From Octopus vulgaris (taxonomy: Eukaryota), in the NCBI GenBank assembly GCA_951406725.2, contig OX597814.1, positions 177,940,001 through 178,004,000 on the forward strand: a DNA stretch of 64,000 nucleotides, given 5' to 3'. Positions 1 through 13,562 of this stretch are shown in pieces (positions within the stretch are counted from its first letter, which is position 1; each line of letters opens with the position of its first letter). Under the pieces are notes generated by a model. It had not been told where the DNA came from and searched no databases. It was given only the letters and a program-made list of their open reading frames with translations. Position numbers and translations under genes: made by a program.

Positions 1-1289
1 TAACTCTCCAGACTGCAACCCTATGGTATTTTCTAAACCTCTTTATCTTCCATGTAGATATCGATTCATAAATAATTGAAGTTATCATCCAATGTATTAA
101 TTTCACCAGTGTATCAGAACTTTCGAAGATGATTAGCACATCCACGCGGTTCACTCATTTATTATAAAAATATAATAAGAATTTGATGGCTATTCGATTT
201 TAGATATTGTCATAAAATCCTAAAGTAATTGTCCCATTTCAAAACATTTATGTACTGACCTTATTCATATAGCAACAAATAAAACTGTGATCGGTGGCGT
301 CCTGGTAACAGCCTTCCAGTTTCTTCCAGATGTCCAATGTGCTTTTTAAATAGCTTTTTTTTTTACATCTAATGTCTCTACCTACTCGGAATTTGTTATG
401 GTTACACCTTCGTGGGAAATGTTATACAAAAGTACAATAACAAAAACGCATCTTATAATTTACTTCGAGCTGGAATGACAGTACCAATTGCTGTTTATCA
501 ATGAACCCTTAGAATTTTCTCTTAACGTTAGACCGAGAGTATTAATATGTATAATGCAGGAACGTGCAACAGTATCAGCTCTACAAATAATAACCAAAAT
601 CTATGCTATAATGTGAAAGTCAGCAACGAATTTCAAGTCTTTCGCTCCGTTCATTACAATTAGAATAACGCTATCGGTGGTGCTTGTTTCTTTGAATGAT
701 ACAAATAGTTAAGTCATGAAAAAGTAAGGAAAATCAACGCTGCCAGTGTTTAGCTGTCATTAGGTTTTTTTATTATAATCTGGCTTAACGAAAACTTTAC
801 TAATTATATTATAGCTAGAGTTATTATCAAATGCAGATCTAGGAATTCAATGATGCAGCAGCTCTATGATAGCTTCCAGTAGATGAAATAGCAACGTAAT
901 CTACTGCACGCTAACGACTTAGTAAAAAAGATGCACTGATTGATACAGTCAAGAATGTATTGTTCCTGAAAACAAAATGGGCTGGTCATTAATCATTGCT
1001 GGAATGTCTTTTCCTATAGATTCGCCTAATTAAATTCGACATAAGTTTAAGCAATGAAAGCAACATCTGTACAAGCCAAAGAATATATACATATAAATAT
1101 TAACACTTACCAATCTGGACATAAATATAAATTTCTTGAATTACACTTACCTACAAAAGATACAAAAATGAAAAAATGTTAGAATATTATAAATATCCAA
1201 GGCCAAATATATATTAAAAACAAAAAACAAAAAACAGAACAACTATGAGAGTAGGGATTAACGCTGATAATGCTCGAGTGATGGTAGAA

Positions 1290-1900
1290 AGTTTTCGATA
1301 ATATCTTAGTAATGGAGAGGATTTGCCCGGTACCACGATACTGGAACAGGCAAGTAGTTTTACAAAGAACTTCAGTTGAAACATGTGTGTAGTTGAAGAG
1401 AAGGAAGTCTTGAAAACGTCAAGAAGCATCATAGAATGTTTCATGAATTAAAATAGATGGGGATAAGCAGTCTGAAAGTCACGCTATAGATGCAAATTAA
1501 TTCAAAATATGTTGAATTTGATTCGCAAAACTTATAGTCGCTGAAGGCCTCAGTAAAGAGCAGTATATAATGTTGACGAAATTGCATTGATTTGGTGATG
1601 CACGCTTAAGAAAACCATTAAGAACAGAAGACAAATAAAGCTTTCAGGGTGTCGGGGAGATAGTTACCATCTTAAATGCAACAGGTACACACGTATGTAA
1701 GTCCTTGGTAATAGGAAAAAAGTACATGTCCAAGTCTTCTTGAAAGATGTTAAAGCTTATTCATTAAAGCTTATTCATTTGGTAAAAAATTAAAATCGTT
1801 TGACTAAAATTAGTATTATTCTAGAACGATTTTTAAATGTTTTTGTGTTAGAAAGTCGAGTACACTGCACCCCCCGTAGGGCTACCAGCATGATGCAAAA
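1290..1900 (+). mobile_element. Decayed pogo/Tigger-type DNA transposase fragment
   Basis: Manual translation gives GEDLPGTTILEQASSF (CENP-B HTH-like), LENVKKHH, YNVDEIALIW at ~1566 (cf. FNxDETGLFW) and NATGTHxCKSLVIGK at ~1675 (cf. NAxGxxKLKPLVIGK). Interrupted by stops and frameshifts. Confidence 0.7.
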
Positions 1901-2417
1901 TTCTTATTTTGCACACGTATATAGATATGTTAATGTAATGCACAACTACCTGTGTTTCATTTATTGAATTACATTTCATAATACGTATCTTTTCAATTTA
2001 TATTTCTAGCAATTCATGATACTTTAAACTTTCGGGAAGTGTAGAATCAGTAGATAAGAGGTGTCTTATTAGAGGTATATTACATTCGTTTTGAAGCATT
2101 AAATCCTTGAAGGTTTTGAAAGACGCACAAACACAAACACATATATATATATACAATAATATAGATAATATATAAATATATGCATATATACATACACATA
2201 TGTACATACCTACATATATATGTATATATACATGCATATATTGGTACAGGACATCAAAAAATATGGAACACAATGAGAAACGAAAGCATAAAAACAAAAA
2301 CATAGAAACGAACTTTTTTTCAAGCAACAAAAAAGCAGAGTACAAAACATACAACACAAGGAATATTCCTCTTCTTAATTTGTCCCTGTTTCATCTACTC
2401 CACGTTCCGAAGGTAAG

Positions 2418-2471
<54 letters not shown>

Positions 2472-2974
2472 ATATATATAGAGAGAGACTGATTCGCGTA
2501 TACAGTTATTCAATCTAACTTGGTCATTAAAATACTGAGCTGTTTGGTAATACATTCATTTCAATCTTACTGTCTACAATATCAAAGCTGATGCAAACAT
2601 GTTAGTTACAATATTTACCCTACAGTCACAATCAGCGGCACAAGTCCCAACAACAACATAGTTTCCATATTCAACACTACGAATACCACAACCACAACCC
2701 CGACCGATCCGACCGCCAGTTGTACTAACATTGCTTACTTTATCAAATGTGTGCGATCATAGCGATGCTTCTTCTATCACTGAACCGCTCGCTTTATCAT
2801 CAGTATCAAAGCTATCTTATGAAAGAAAGCAGGCAAACCCACCAAGTAAAAGAATTATGTATTTTACGAACAATAATTCTTATGTTTCACAAAGAGGCCT
2901 GCCCGCTTTTTTTCCGTATTTTCCATATGAATTTCTTTCCCCAGCCCCAAGATATATTTCTTCTTTTCTTCATC

Positions 2975-3021
<47 letters not shown>

Positions 3022-4216
3022 GTGTATATACATATATCTACGCACACACACGCATACCACATATATATGCTTGTGAGCGCGCGCGTGTGCATGTGTGTGT
3101 GCTTGTGTATGTATGCGCGTATGAATATTTATATATACGCATATTTACATATGTTTATACATTGTATATGTATATAATGAACGAGTGAAGAGATGTATTT
3201 GCATATGTATGCATATATCTTTTTACTGTATGAACAATTCAAATTTTGCTTCATAACGATAGTACACGCACACATAAATGCTGCTCTATAAATTAGATCT
3301 TCAGGTAAAAGTTATCGATTTCCCAAGATCAAGCGAACATTTATTTATTTTCAACTACTTTACTTCTGTCAAACAATCTCTCTGATTTGAATTTATAGCC
3401 TTGAACTGGGACATTATTAATGTCTATTAAGGAGAATGCTAGAGTTTCTGATAATAATTCGCTGGTCTAAAAGCCATACGGTATCTACTCATATCTTCGA
3501 CTTACGTTGAAGTGTTCGTACCTTGCCAGAATCGGATATTGTGTGCCATGTTTATGGGTAGCTTAAATATGTACCTGTCATATTTTGCATAAATTCTGTT
3601 AGCTATACAATATACCACACAATATTTAGTTTTAGCCAAGCAGATGTGTTATATTCTTTATGGCATTCCTTCTTCAATCCTCGTGTTCAGCGCTCGGATC
3701 ACGCATAATTTTGATGAGCATATAAAATATACAGCAAAAGTTTCCTGGTCCTCATTCAAAACATACTCGGTCCGATTGAGTCAACAACAGAGGCACTAAA
3801 TGCTCGTGATATGTGTTACAAATATCAACCAAATCTCCCTTATATATCATGCAATTTTGCCACTAACACTTTCATAAAATCTTTGAAATGTTAACGAAGA
3901 ACTATACAACCATTCCAAACACTGCCTATACCTATCCATCGTTTATGTGTATATGTGAGTGTGCATGAGGGAATGTATATATATATTCACTACAAAAATG
4001 TTAGTCAATTTATAGGTGGAATCCATGAAATTCTAGGCTCTTAATTCATTTCGTAACTTCTGGCGGTTACAAATATGTTCATTTATTTCTTATATGTTCA
4101 TTTTCCGAAGCATAACTAGCCATTACTTTCACTAATTTATTAACGTTTTATATGTGAATGTATCCATATGTACGTAATATGTATGTATATATTTGTGTGT
4201 GCGCGTGTGTGCGTAC

Positions 4217-4323
<107 letters not shown>

Positions 4324-4556
4324 GGTAAGATCCAGGGATCAAACTTTATGAAGTTTCAAGCAGTTAGAAGAGGGTATAAAAACAACTTTCAGGAACAATA
4401 GTGGTTTATTGACGTAAGAGGATGTAAACCTTTCTCATATCGAACTTCGATAAGGTGAAAAAGCTTGTTTTATAGCTTACAGGTAGCAGCAGAATTTGTT
4501 GCGTATGCGAATAAAAATCCAAAATTATGTAATGGAGCAGATATCCATGTAATGTG

Positions 4557-4594
<38 letters not shown>

Positions 4595-5959
4595 TATGAG
4601 ACAATCAAAATAGTATATAATAGAGGGTTTATATACAAGTTAAACACCGCTACGCTTTACGTTAGCGCTACTCGGTGTCTTGGATTTAAACACGTTAGGC
4701 ATTATTGAAAATATCTTAGTAATTTCAAATGATAAAATATTTGACATTTTATATAAATTTTGATCGGGTGTGATAGATTGAAAAGTAATACATAAATTAA
4801 ATGGTCGTAATTAATTCATGTATTACCTTGAAGTCGGTGCAAAGGAACGAGATGCTCTAAGTGTTTGTGGAAACCAGAAAAAAATTGAGGAGGCTAGATA
4901 TTTTGTTCTATTTCGACCAAATATTGAATCAAATTTGCGATCTTTTATCTTTATGTATACATACGAATTGATATTTACTGAAGACTAACATAAGACATCA
5001 CATCAAGAAACATTAATATCGGAAGCAAAAAACGTTATGAGAACCATACTTATGTGGAATTGAAAAATGGATATTAATATATAAGGAACATATCTGAGAG
5101 TTATGAGGATACTGAAGAATGTTGAACACATGGTTAAAGCACAAAAACCAAACATTCAGCACTTAACACTTGTCACAAGAAGAACCGCTACCGAACCCAG
5201 AAAAATAATAAAAGCACTATGTATAGTCCATTGTATGTGGAGAGGAAATAGTTACATTATAAAATGAATACATGCCTTCATGATGAGGGCATATCTGTTT
5301 TGAGAATATCAAGGATAAAAAAAACAACATAAGAAACGATGAAGTATTAAAAGAGCCAAAATACTTCGAAAATGTTCTAACAAAATCAAATAGAAAATAT
5401 CTACAACGAATGGACCATAAGTAGAAAATAAGATAGTGTACAGACTCAGTTAATTCGAGATAAAGATGAATGGAAAGAGAGGAAAAGAGAAAGATTTAGG
5501 TGTGTTGGATAATATAAAATAAAACTGGACAAGCTCAAAATACTCAACATACATTAAATGTATATGCATAAGAACAGAGAAAGCAAAAACGAGATTGTGA
5601 TTAAGAGGATGACGATGTCTGATGGTGATAAGAAAGGCTCCTCTACCAACGCTTTATTACACCCTATCAGTTTACGAAACACTCCACACACGTGAAAGAA
5701 GCGTACATTTCAGGAAGCAGTATTTTAATACAATACTTCTATAACAAGAACTGCAACATACTCTAACATTCCATAAATGTATCCGTATCCCTCTTCAATT
5801 AGTTTGTAATTATGAGCAAGATCTATATCATTTCTTAATTGTTTGACGTGTGAAAGATGAAATTAATGAAAATAGGGTGTGATAGAATCATGTACATTCA
5901 TACACACATACACACGGACTTATATATATAGTTACATGCAGTATATGTATGTTTGTGTA

Positions 5960-5994
<35 letters not shown>

Positions 5995-6000
<6 letters not shown>

Positions 6001-6194
6001 GACTAACCATCTGAATATGGCTAGGGACAGGCAGGGTGGTGGGGTGTACTGTTGCATTTAGCCCAGGCGAACATCGACGTCACCAGAAAGGCTCGACACC
6101 GTCACCTTTCTGGTGACGTCGATGTTCGCTGAACAACAGTAACACCACCACCCTGCCTGTCCCTAGCCATATTCAGATGGCTTTAGTCCCTTAT
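5995..6194. repeat. ~200 bp fold-back (inverted repeat) element inside an (AT)n tract
   Basis: 5995-6091 is the near-perfect reverse complement of 6105-6194, e.g. ccatctgaatatggctagggacaggcagggtggtgg / ccaccaccctgcctgtccctagccatattcagatgg and gcgaacatcgacgtcaccagaaagg / cctttctggtgacgtcgatgttcgc. 13-nt loop; (TA)n on both sides. Confidence 0.95.
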
Positions 6195-6241
6195 GTTGTC
6201 GAGCAGTTACTGTCTATATTCCTTTTAGAGAATTATTATTG

Positions 6242-6313
<72 letters not shown>

Positions 6314-6378
6314 TATATATGTATGTACGTAATTTTATCGCAGTGTATTTTCACCACTCTCGCTTTTCACACGTCCCA

Positions 6379-6414
<36 letters not shown>

Positions 6415-6467
6415 GAAAAAACAAGTCAAAAATAGAAAATGCTAAAATAATTTTATAGTGAACATTT

Positions 6468-6506
6468 CAGTACCGCTTTCGGTCATTTTGAGACCTTTTC
6501 AACTGT
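6468..6506 (-). ncRNA. Minimal type I hammerhead ribozyme-like motif (U3:A8 variant)
   Basis: Minus strand reads acag-UUGAAAA-GGUC ucaaaau GACC-GAA-AGCGGU-A-cug: helix I cag/cug, 4-bp helix II, core with U3/A8, near-palindromic helix III. Confidence 0.6.
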
Positions 6507-6734
6507 AACGATTAAATAATTAAATTTAGAAAAATTAGAAGAAAAGTTTTTTTAAAGGAATATTTCTATAGTAGTGTTCAGATATAAGTAGCATTCTGCC
6601 TTTCTCTGACTCCCTTGTTTGCACTTGTGTGTTGGAGGTCGTTGTGGTATATATATATATATACTATATATTCGCCATGTTGGACCGCTGAAATCTACAA
6701 GTTTTTTCATTCTCTCTCTATTTTCTCTTATTCC

Positions 6735-6770
6735 TATCTGTTGAAGAGGTAAGCTCGAAATGTGTAATAT
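6735..6770 (+). ncRNA. Eroded hammerhead-like motif in a short island between (AT)n tracts
   Basis: ctgttga-a-gagg taa gctc-gaaa. Same layout as the cleaner motif at 42155-42189, but with A6>U and a helix II mismatch. Confidence 0.4.
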
Positions 6771-6855
6771 TTTTCGTTTTCCCCGCGACTCAAACCACTA
6801 GACTTGCCTGTTGTTCATACCCCTATATTCGTGTTTTGTTTTTCTATAAATTTCG

Positions 6856-6905
<50 letters not shown>

Positions 6906-7194
6906 TACATAAATATATATACATACATACATGTACACATACATAAATATATATATATATATATATATGAGTTCATTGATTAAACCTCGCCAAGTTAAAT
7001 ATTTAAACCACCTGATGAATGACTGTAACTCGAAAATTTAAAGAAATTAACAGCCATGAAACGATCGTAGTGTTATATTAATTATATTTTTTAAATAATT
7101 TTGTTATATATTTAAATAATATAAATTAAATAATCTTATGTATTGGCTTAAGTTTTTCATTGTATGATTTGCCTAATAGTGGTTTTATCCCTAA

Positions 7195-7261
<67 letters not shown>

Positions 7262-8130
7262 TATGTTTCTTTATTCGCAACAGATAGATAGACAGATATA
7301 TGTATATATGTATAAATGTATGTATATATGTGTGAATGGCACACATTTAATCATTTTATTACGAATCAGATTGTTATTGCTGCTTGAAATGTAATGCGTT
7401 ATAGTGTCATTGATGTTGATTCCTCCAATCTTTCTCCCGTGATGTTTTTCTTTGTATCCAGCCGTAATATATCTAGACATACATTATCTAATGTCTGCAA
7501 TAGTCGTATGTCTGTTTTCCTTGCCGGTAAGTGTGAATAATTTATCTATGCCTAACTAATGAAAAATATTCGCTTGCTTTTTAAGTAATAGTGTATATTT
7601 TCATTTTATTTCCTCTCTTTGGGGATTTGGAAAATATTTGTAGGATCGTGTTGGGTTATGGAAAACCTGTATATCAAAGGTGTAGAAAAGTATAAAAATT
7701 AGTTTTGGCAACCCGGTGAGTTTTTCAAGATCTTAAGGAAAATATTAAATTTGACATTCTTGCATTGTATTTATCATTCGGCATGATATTTATGCCATGG
7801 CTTCTTAATTTCTTTCCTGGTGGTTTCCTTAGAAGTTATATTTCAATTCTTGTTAGATGTTTCCTATTGAAAATAGAGTCCACGTACATAAATAACCTTA
7901 ACTATATTAACTCATAGATTTTACACACAGAGACACACACACACACACACACACGTGCGCGCGCACAAAAACATACACACACATGTGTATGTGAGTGTGT
8001 GTATACACACATACACTTATATATATGTGAACACATATGTATATGTCTGTTTGAATATCAGTATGTTTATGCTTGCATGTAATATCTATTATATATTATC
8101 ATGGATCGGAAATCATGATGTAGGAGGGGT

Positions 8131-8167
8131 GTTTGAAAAGTTTTGAGTCTTGTACCTTCATCAGAAA
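8131..8167 (-). ncRNA. Eroded hammerhead-like motif
   Basis: Minus strand ttt-CTGATGA-aggtacaagactc-AAAA-cttt-TC-aaa. G12 is mutated. The downstream flank (acccctcc) resembles that of the 42155 motif (acccccttc). Confidence 0.35.
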
Positions 8168-9836
8168 TCTTCTACCATGTTTCTTTTAAGCCCCAGACAT
8201 TTCATACACTCCTCGTATATCTGATATCAAATTTTGATAAGGATATTATGATAAATATTTTTATTACGAGGGTCAATCTCGCTCCATTATCTTCACTTCT
8301 TTTTCTGTGTTTTACTAAGACACATAATTGTAACCAGTAGATACATGTAAACAGCATAGAAAGACATCTGTGCAAATTGATGTGTACAACAGTTAACATG
8401 ATTTCCACCGGTTGGCCTTTAGGTGGTAAGGAGATAGTATATCTTCAACTAGCTGTTCACAGATGCAGACTTTGCCGTTTAAACATGTGTAGAACTCATA
8501 TTTTAAAGTGAACTGCCGTTTATTAATATTGATGTTAATGAACTGGGGTCTATACCTAGATCTGACAAACACAAAGGACTATTTGTATAGGAGTATAGGA
8601 GGCACACGGCTTCTGTTATCACTGACCTTAAAGCCATAGAGTCCTAATTGAAGTAATCACCTGGATATATGAACAGAAAATTCCCCACAAATAGAGAACA
8701 TGACCATCAGCGGACAATTCAGACTGCATAATCTAAGCACATTACAATCAAGCTTAGTGAAGATATAATACAAAACTAAAACACAAACAAAATAAAATGA
8801 AAAATAGCCTGTTTCACCAGAAGGAAACGACAAAAACTGGCAAAATACATAAGATTATTTTAGACTGTATTCTAACTCTTCTCACCTTATTAACTGCCGA
8901 GGCGTTTGCATTAGGTTTTACTGCGCATGTAGTTATCCGTTTACACTTATATGAATAGCGTGGCGAAAGAATATCATGGAGGCGTTGGATAAATATTCTA
9001 AGACATGATATAGATAAGGTATACTTTGTATCCTAAAATATTTTGTAATGGAGTATGAGAAAAAATATTACAAAGTTTAATTCCACTAACGTCGGAAGTG
9101 TGTATGTGATTCGATAGTGTGATAGTCATAGACGCTATATACAATAGATAAGTAGCAAATCGATTTCTGAAAATCGTCAATGAAACAAACTTCAACAAAA
9201 CTGGTTGGGAACCCAACACAGAGCTACCATATTCAATACCACAGAGTCTTATGCATTTGACAGATACAACAGTAGAGGAAATTGCATAATAAATGCCCAA
9301 AGCCTTTATATTATTGTTGAAATCAATGTTGCTGTGTAAGGTCCTAAGAAGAATTACCTGAAATGCTCACAAAATCTTGCGTTGGAGAGAAACAGAAAAT
9401 CGGATTAAAGAGAAAATATTCGGGAGCGTGTTATATAATGCCGACATGAAACAGATAAACATGCTGGACCCATCAAGAGACTTAGCGTAAATAGCATATC
9501 TACAATTCGTTATGATTGAATTATAAGAAAGGTAACTGAATCAGAGTGCATACAAGAGTGAAAAGCTTCTATTAAATCGAAGTCCAAATAAAGCAAGATT
9601 AATACGACATAATTACGGAGTACAGTCATTATTGTATATTCATCAAAATAAGTTTTTGTATGTACGCATGTATGGATTTCTATCTATCTCTCTACCTATC
9701 TACTTCTCTCTGTTCATCAATCTTTACGTACACATGTCTATATGTCTACACACACTCACACATACGCATACACACACGCGCACACAGAAACACAATCACG
9801 CACACACACACACACACACACACACGCGCACATGTA

Positions 9837-10065
9837 TATTATTCTTAACGTCATTAATATTCATAGTGGTTTTTTATTAGTACTTTCCCTCCCACGAACT
9901 GGGTGAAAGATTCGGAACATATATGTACTTATCTATTCTCTTAAAGTATATTTAAATATTAGCATGTGGTAGAAGTTATAGATTATATTGTTACTCTATT
10001 GATGTATTAATTTTGGCTGTGTGTATTTATATATATACGCATGTATGGATTTCTATCTTCCAATT

Positions 10066-10097
<32 letters not shown>

Positions 10098-10687
10098 TAT
10101 CTATATATATATTTTTATATATATTTCTCTTTTCATCATCTTTACGTAATAATGTCTACAGACACTCACACACGCATACACACACATATATATATATATA
10201 TATGCGTTGTGTGTGTAAATGTGTGTGTAGACATATGTACGTAAAGATGGATGAACAGAGAAATATATATCGGCCGAAACTGCAACGATGATCTGGAACT
10301 CGACTGACGATAGACAGCTCCAAATGACCCGTCCTTGTTTTTCCTGTCCCTTTATAGATCGCCTAGCTGTCCGGATGTTTTGTTGCCGCCTGTTCCATTT
10401 TTGCTTTGTTTATGTATATATATATGTGTGTGTGTATGTTTGTGTGTGTTTGTGTGTGTGTATATATATATATATAAAGAAATCCATACATATATATATA
10501 AACACAGCCAAGACTCATACATCAATACAGTAATAATATAATCTATAAGTTCTACCACAGGCTACTATTTAAACATATTTTAAGAGAATAGATAAGTACA
10601 TATATATTCCGAATCACTCACCAAGTTCGTGGGAGGGAAAATAAAAATAAAAGGCTACTATGAATATTAATGATGTTAAGAAAAATA
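9837..10687. repeat. ~850 bp degenerate palindrome with an insertion in the right arm
   Basis: 9837-10054 is the reverse complement of 10478-10687, and 10116-10190 is the reverse complement of 10200-10270. The centre is an (AT)n tract near 10195; 10271-10477 is unmatched. Confidence 0.85.
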
Positions 10688-11099
10688 AATGAAAGGGTAA
10701 AAATAGTACACGCAGTAAATTGGCATGGTGCAGGGGTAGGAGAAGAGAATTGAATGCAAAGATGATTTGCATCTGAATGACACAAGAGACCCACAGTTCA
10801 AAATCAGCAATTTAAATAACCCAAAAGTCCAAAGTTCAAACAGAAACAATATAATAGAGATATAAGTCCGATGTTGAAAAGAAACTAATAAACAATCAAA
10901 TCACTCACACACAAAAGGACAAGTAGCCTTTAAATAATAACTTAATATCTCAAAGTGATATGCTTAAAGAGGAACGTAATTATGAAAACCAGAAAATGTC
11001 AAAAGAACACGAAGAAAACAAACGTTTTATAAAAATCTAATCAGAAACTGATTTTTCACAAATACGCTGAAACTGCAAAATAGCAAGAGAAAAGAAGCG

Positions 11100-12135
11100 C
11101 AACGGAACATTGGACACAAATTGGTAGACAATACTAAACCTAAATAAATGGAAATTGAGTGCAACAAATTATCTTGTACTCTTTTATGGCCATATGACAA
11201 AGTGCTTTTCACGATCTAATCGTTTCACTTTCAGTATACTGTGTCAGATCTAAATATTTGCGAAACAAGCACGCCTAGATATGTGACATGAAATCATCAG
11301 CGTAATTAGGATAGCTAAAGAACTTGAGGAGATGTATGAACTAAGACCCGATGTAGATCTGCCCCAAAGGACATTGGCAAAAATCTATTGATCAGAAGAG
11401 GAAAATGATAAAACGAACCACTTCACTGAGAAAATAGTACAGAGGTACTTAGCACGAAAACCAGAAACTATAGAAATAATTGATCATTTCGGAAGCTTGG
11501 CATAGAATACTGGCAAGTTTTTGACATCCCACGTCGAATGCTACTTTTAAACAATTCAAGAACAGGATGAATCTTTGACGGACAACATATATAAGGTGTG
11601 CAAAACCAAGACTGACGACATCAACCATATTTTTCCGAATTGTGCGAGAATGTCTTCACAATATTGTTTTCCTGAGAGGCACGATGCGGTGGCAGAATTG
11701 TGTGGAACAGGATAATTAAAAAGAAAACACCTACAGACAATGTTTACAACATTAGGACTGATGGGTGAAAGTATATTGGTGGAAATTAAAAATTAAAACA
11801 AACAAGTTAAAGCACAACCGATCAGATATTGTGTGGGGCCAAAGGGAACAGATATGGTGTGTAATGGAAATCAGCAGCCCTTTGGGCACGTATTTGGTTG
11901 AAAATATACACGAGGCAGAGGACATCAATGGGCCATCGATGAGAAGTTTACAAATCCAGTACACTTTTAGGTTCATACCGATTATTGTTGGAAACATAGG
12001 ATACATAACCCGTATGGAGCAAAGTATGGTTGCACATAGGTTCGGAAAGTAAATCATCAATTCATGCACTACAAATGTTCATGATATTTGGGATTAGAAA
12101 AATCTGCAAGATCACCTTAATATTTAAAGGATAAT
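11100..12135 (+). mobile_element. Decayed non-LTR retrotransposon C-terminus (zinc knuckle + restriction-like endonuclease; R4/Dong-like)
   Basis: VCKTKTDDINHIFPNC...RHDAVA at ~11596-11695 (CCHC knuckle and RHD). ORF 11765-12052 has YWW...HNRSDIV...VMEISSP...PIIVGNIG, i.e. the HNRPDIV / IEIS.P / PIIIGALG motifs of REL LINEs. Confidence 0.8.
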
Positions 12136-12244
12136 GAACAAAACAAGGTGCTTTCCTTCACATCTTTACAACTAAGTAGGTGGCTGCGAAAAAATTATTC
12201 CAAATTTCAAAGTGAGAGAGAGAGGGCACATACATACATACATA

Positions 12245-12307
<63 letters not shown>

Positions 12308-12335
12308 AACAATTATCCAATATATGTAATTATAC

Positions 12336-13562
12336 ATAAGTTTTTTCACATGAAATGTCGTATTTGAAATGTAACAATAGCATGTTTCAGACGTGTTAGA
12401 AAGCTGGTTTATTTTATCAAAGTATGATCCATGTATATTTATGACGTTTACGCAACGTTTCTCTTTGTCATATATTCCATGTTTAAAAAAAACAAAAAAA
12501 CTTTTGCTGTGATAAACTATCCGAATGCTTCAATTACGTCTTTTCTATTTCAGAATGTTATATTGCTTATGCAATGCTCACAATGTGTAAATGAGTGATG
12601 ATCAGTGGGAGATATATCAGGGGAATAGGGAGAATGTTGCAAAATTTCTTATTTCAGGCTTTGCAGCTTTTGGACTGTAGCTTGAACGTGCATTGTCGTG
12701 GAGCAAATTTGCGCCATCTCTGTTCACTAGTCTGGGTTGCTTCTTTTTTAAATTCTCATGCATACAATCAATTTCCTGGCAATACGATGTTGCTGTTAGC
12801 GTTTCGTTTTTTATGATGCAAAAATAAACGAAGAATAACTCCCTTGGCAGACCACCATACAGTGACAACTAACTTTTTAGGATGTAATGGTGGGTTTGGG
12901 TAGTGTTTAGGTAACTCTCCTCCATCTAATCACTGTCCTGTTCTGCTGTTGTCAAAGAGTACCTATTTCTCATCACAAATTATGATTTGATGCAAAATCG
13001 GTATTTTTCCAGTCGAGTAAGCTATAAAGAGCACACTTCGAGCAGTCTGTCTTTTCTAAATCTCGTTAAGTTGATGTGGAACAAGCCTATCTGTTATCGT
13101 GACATTTCCAATTTTTTACAGGTGTCCAAAACCAGTTGTGCGAGATGTTTGGAGATTTGATTAAAGTTTCCGAACCTTTGTTCTTGGATTTGTTCAACCA
13201 ACGCATTTAATCCATCATGCCGAACAACTAATTTTAGCCTACCGCTTGATTTATTTTGAAGGCTATCTTGGAACCATCTCTGAACAGTTCTGATGTCAAC
13301 AAAACTATTACCGAAGGCTCACTTGATATTCTGTAGAACTTCTGCGGCAGAGTGACCCCGTTTTTACTCATACGAGAAAACCACTCAACTTAGTTTGGTT
13401 GTTATCAATTTCGTAAATTCCGTTGGTACGAATGTTGTATACCAATATTGTTAGGAATGAAAAAGAGTCAGGATTAAATGTAAGGTATACATAATTGAGT
13501 TTTGAAATGACTGAAATAGTAAGAAATTAAAAATGTGGCATTTCATGTGAAACAAATTAATA
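12336..13562 (-). mobile_element. Decayed mariner element, ~1.2 kb with terminal inverted repeats
   Basis: TIR pair ttcacatgaaatg (~12345) / catttcatgtgaa (~13540). Minus ORF 12617-12868 contains LKKKQPRLVNRDGANLLHDNARS (mariner LHDNARPH motif). Confidence 0.85.

Noticed and set aside
5000-5620. A-rich block faintly resembling a LINE C-terminus
   Set aside because: No motif could be recovered with confidence.
7012-7040. CTGATGA...GAAA hammerhead-like spacing
   Set aside because: Helix II is weak and there is no helix I. Kept only as context for the island cluster.
10271-10335. GAAAC and CTGACGA motifs in the island within the palindrome
   Set aside because: I could not build the required helices, and the GAAA expected downstream of CTGACGA reads CAAA.
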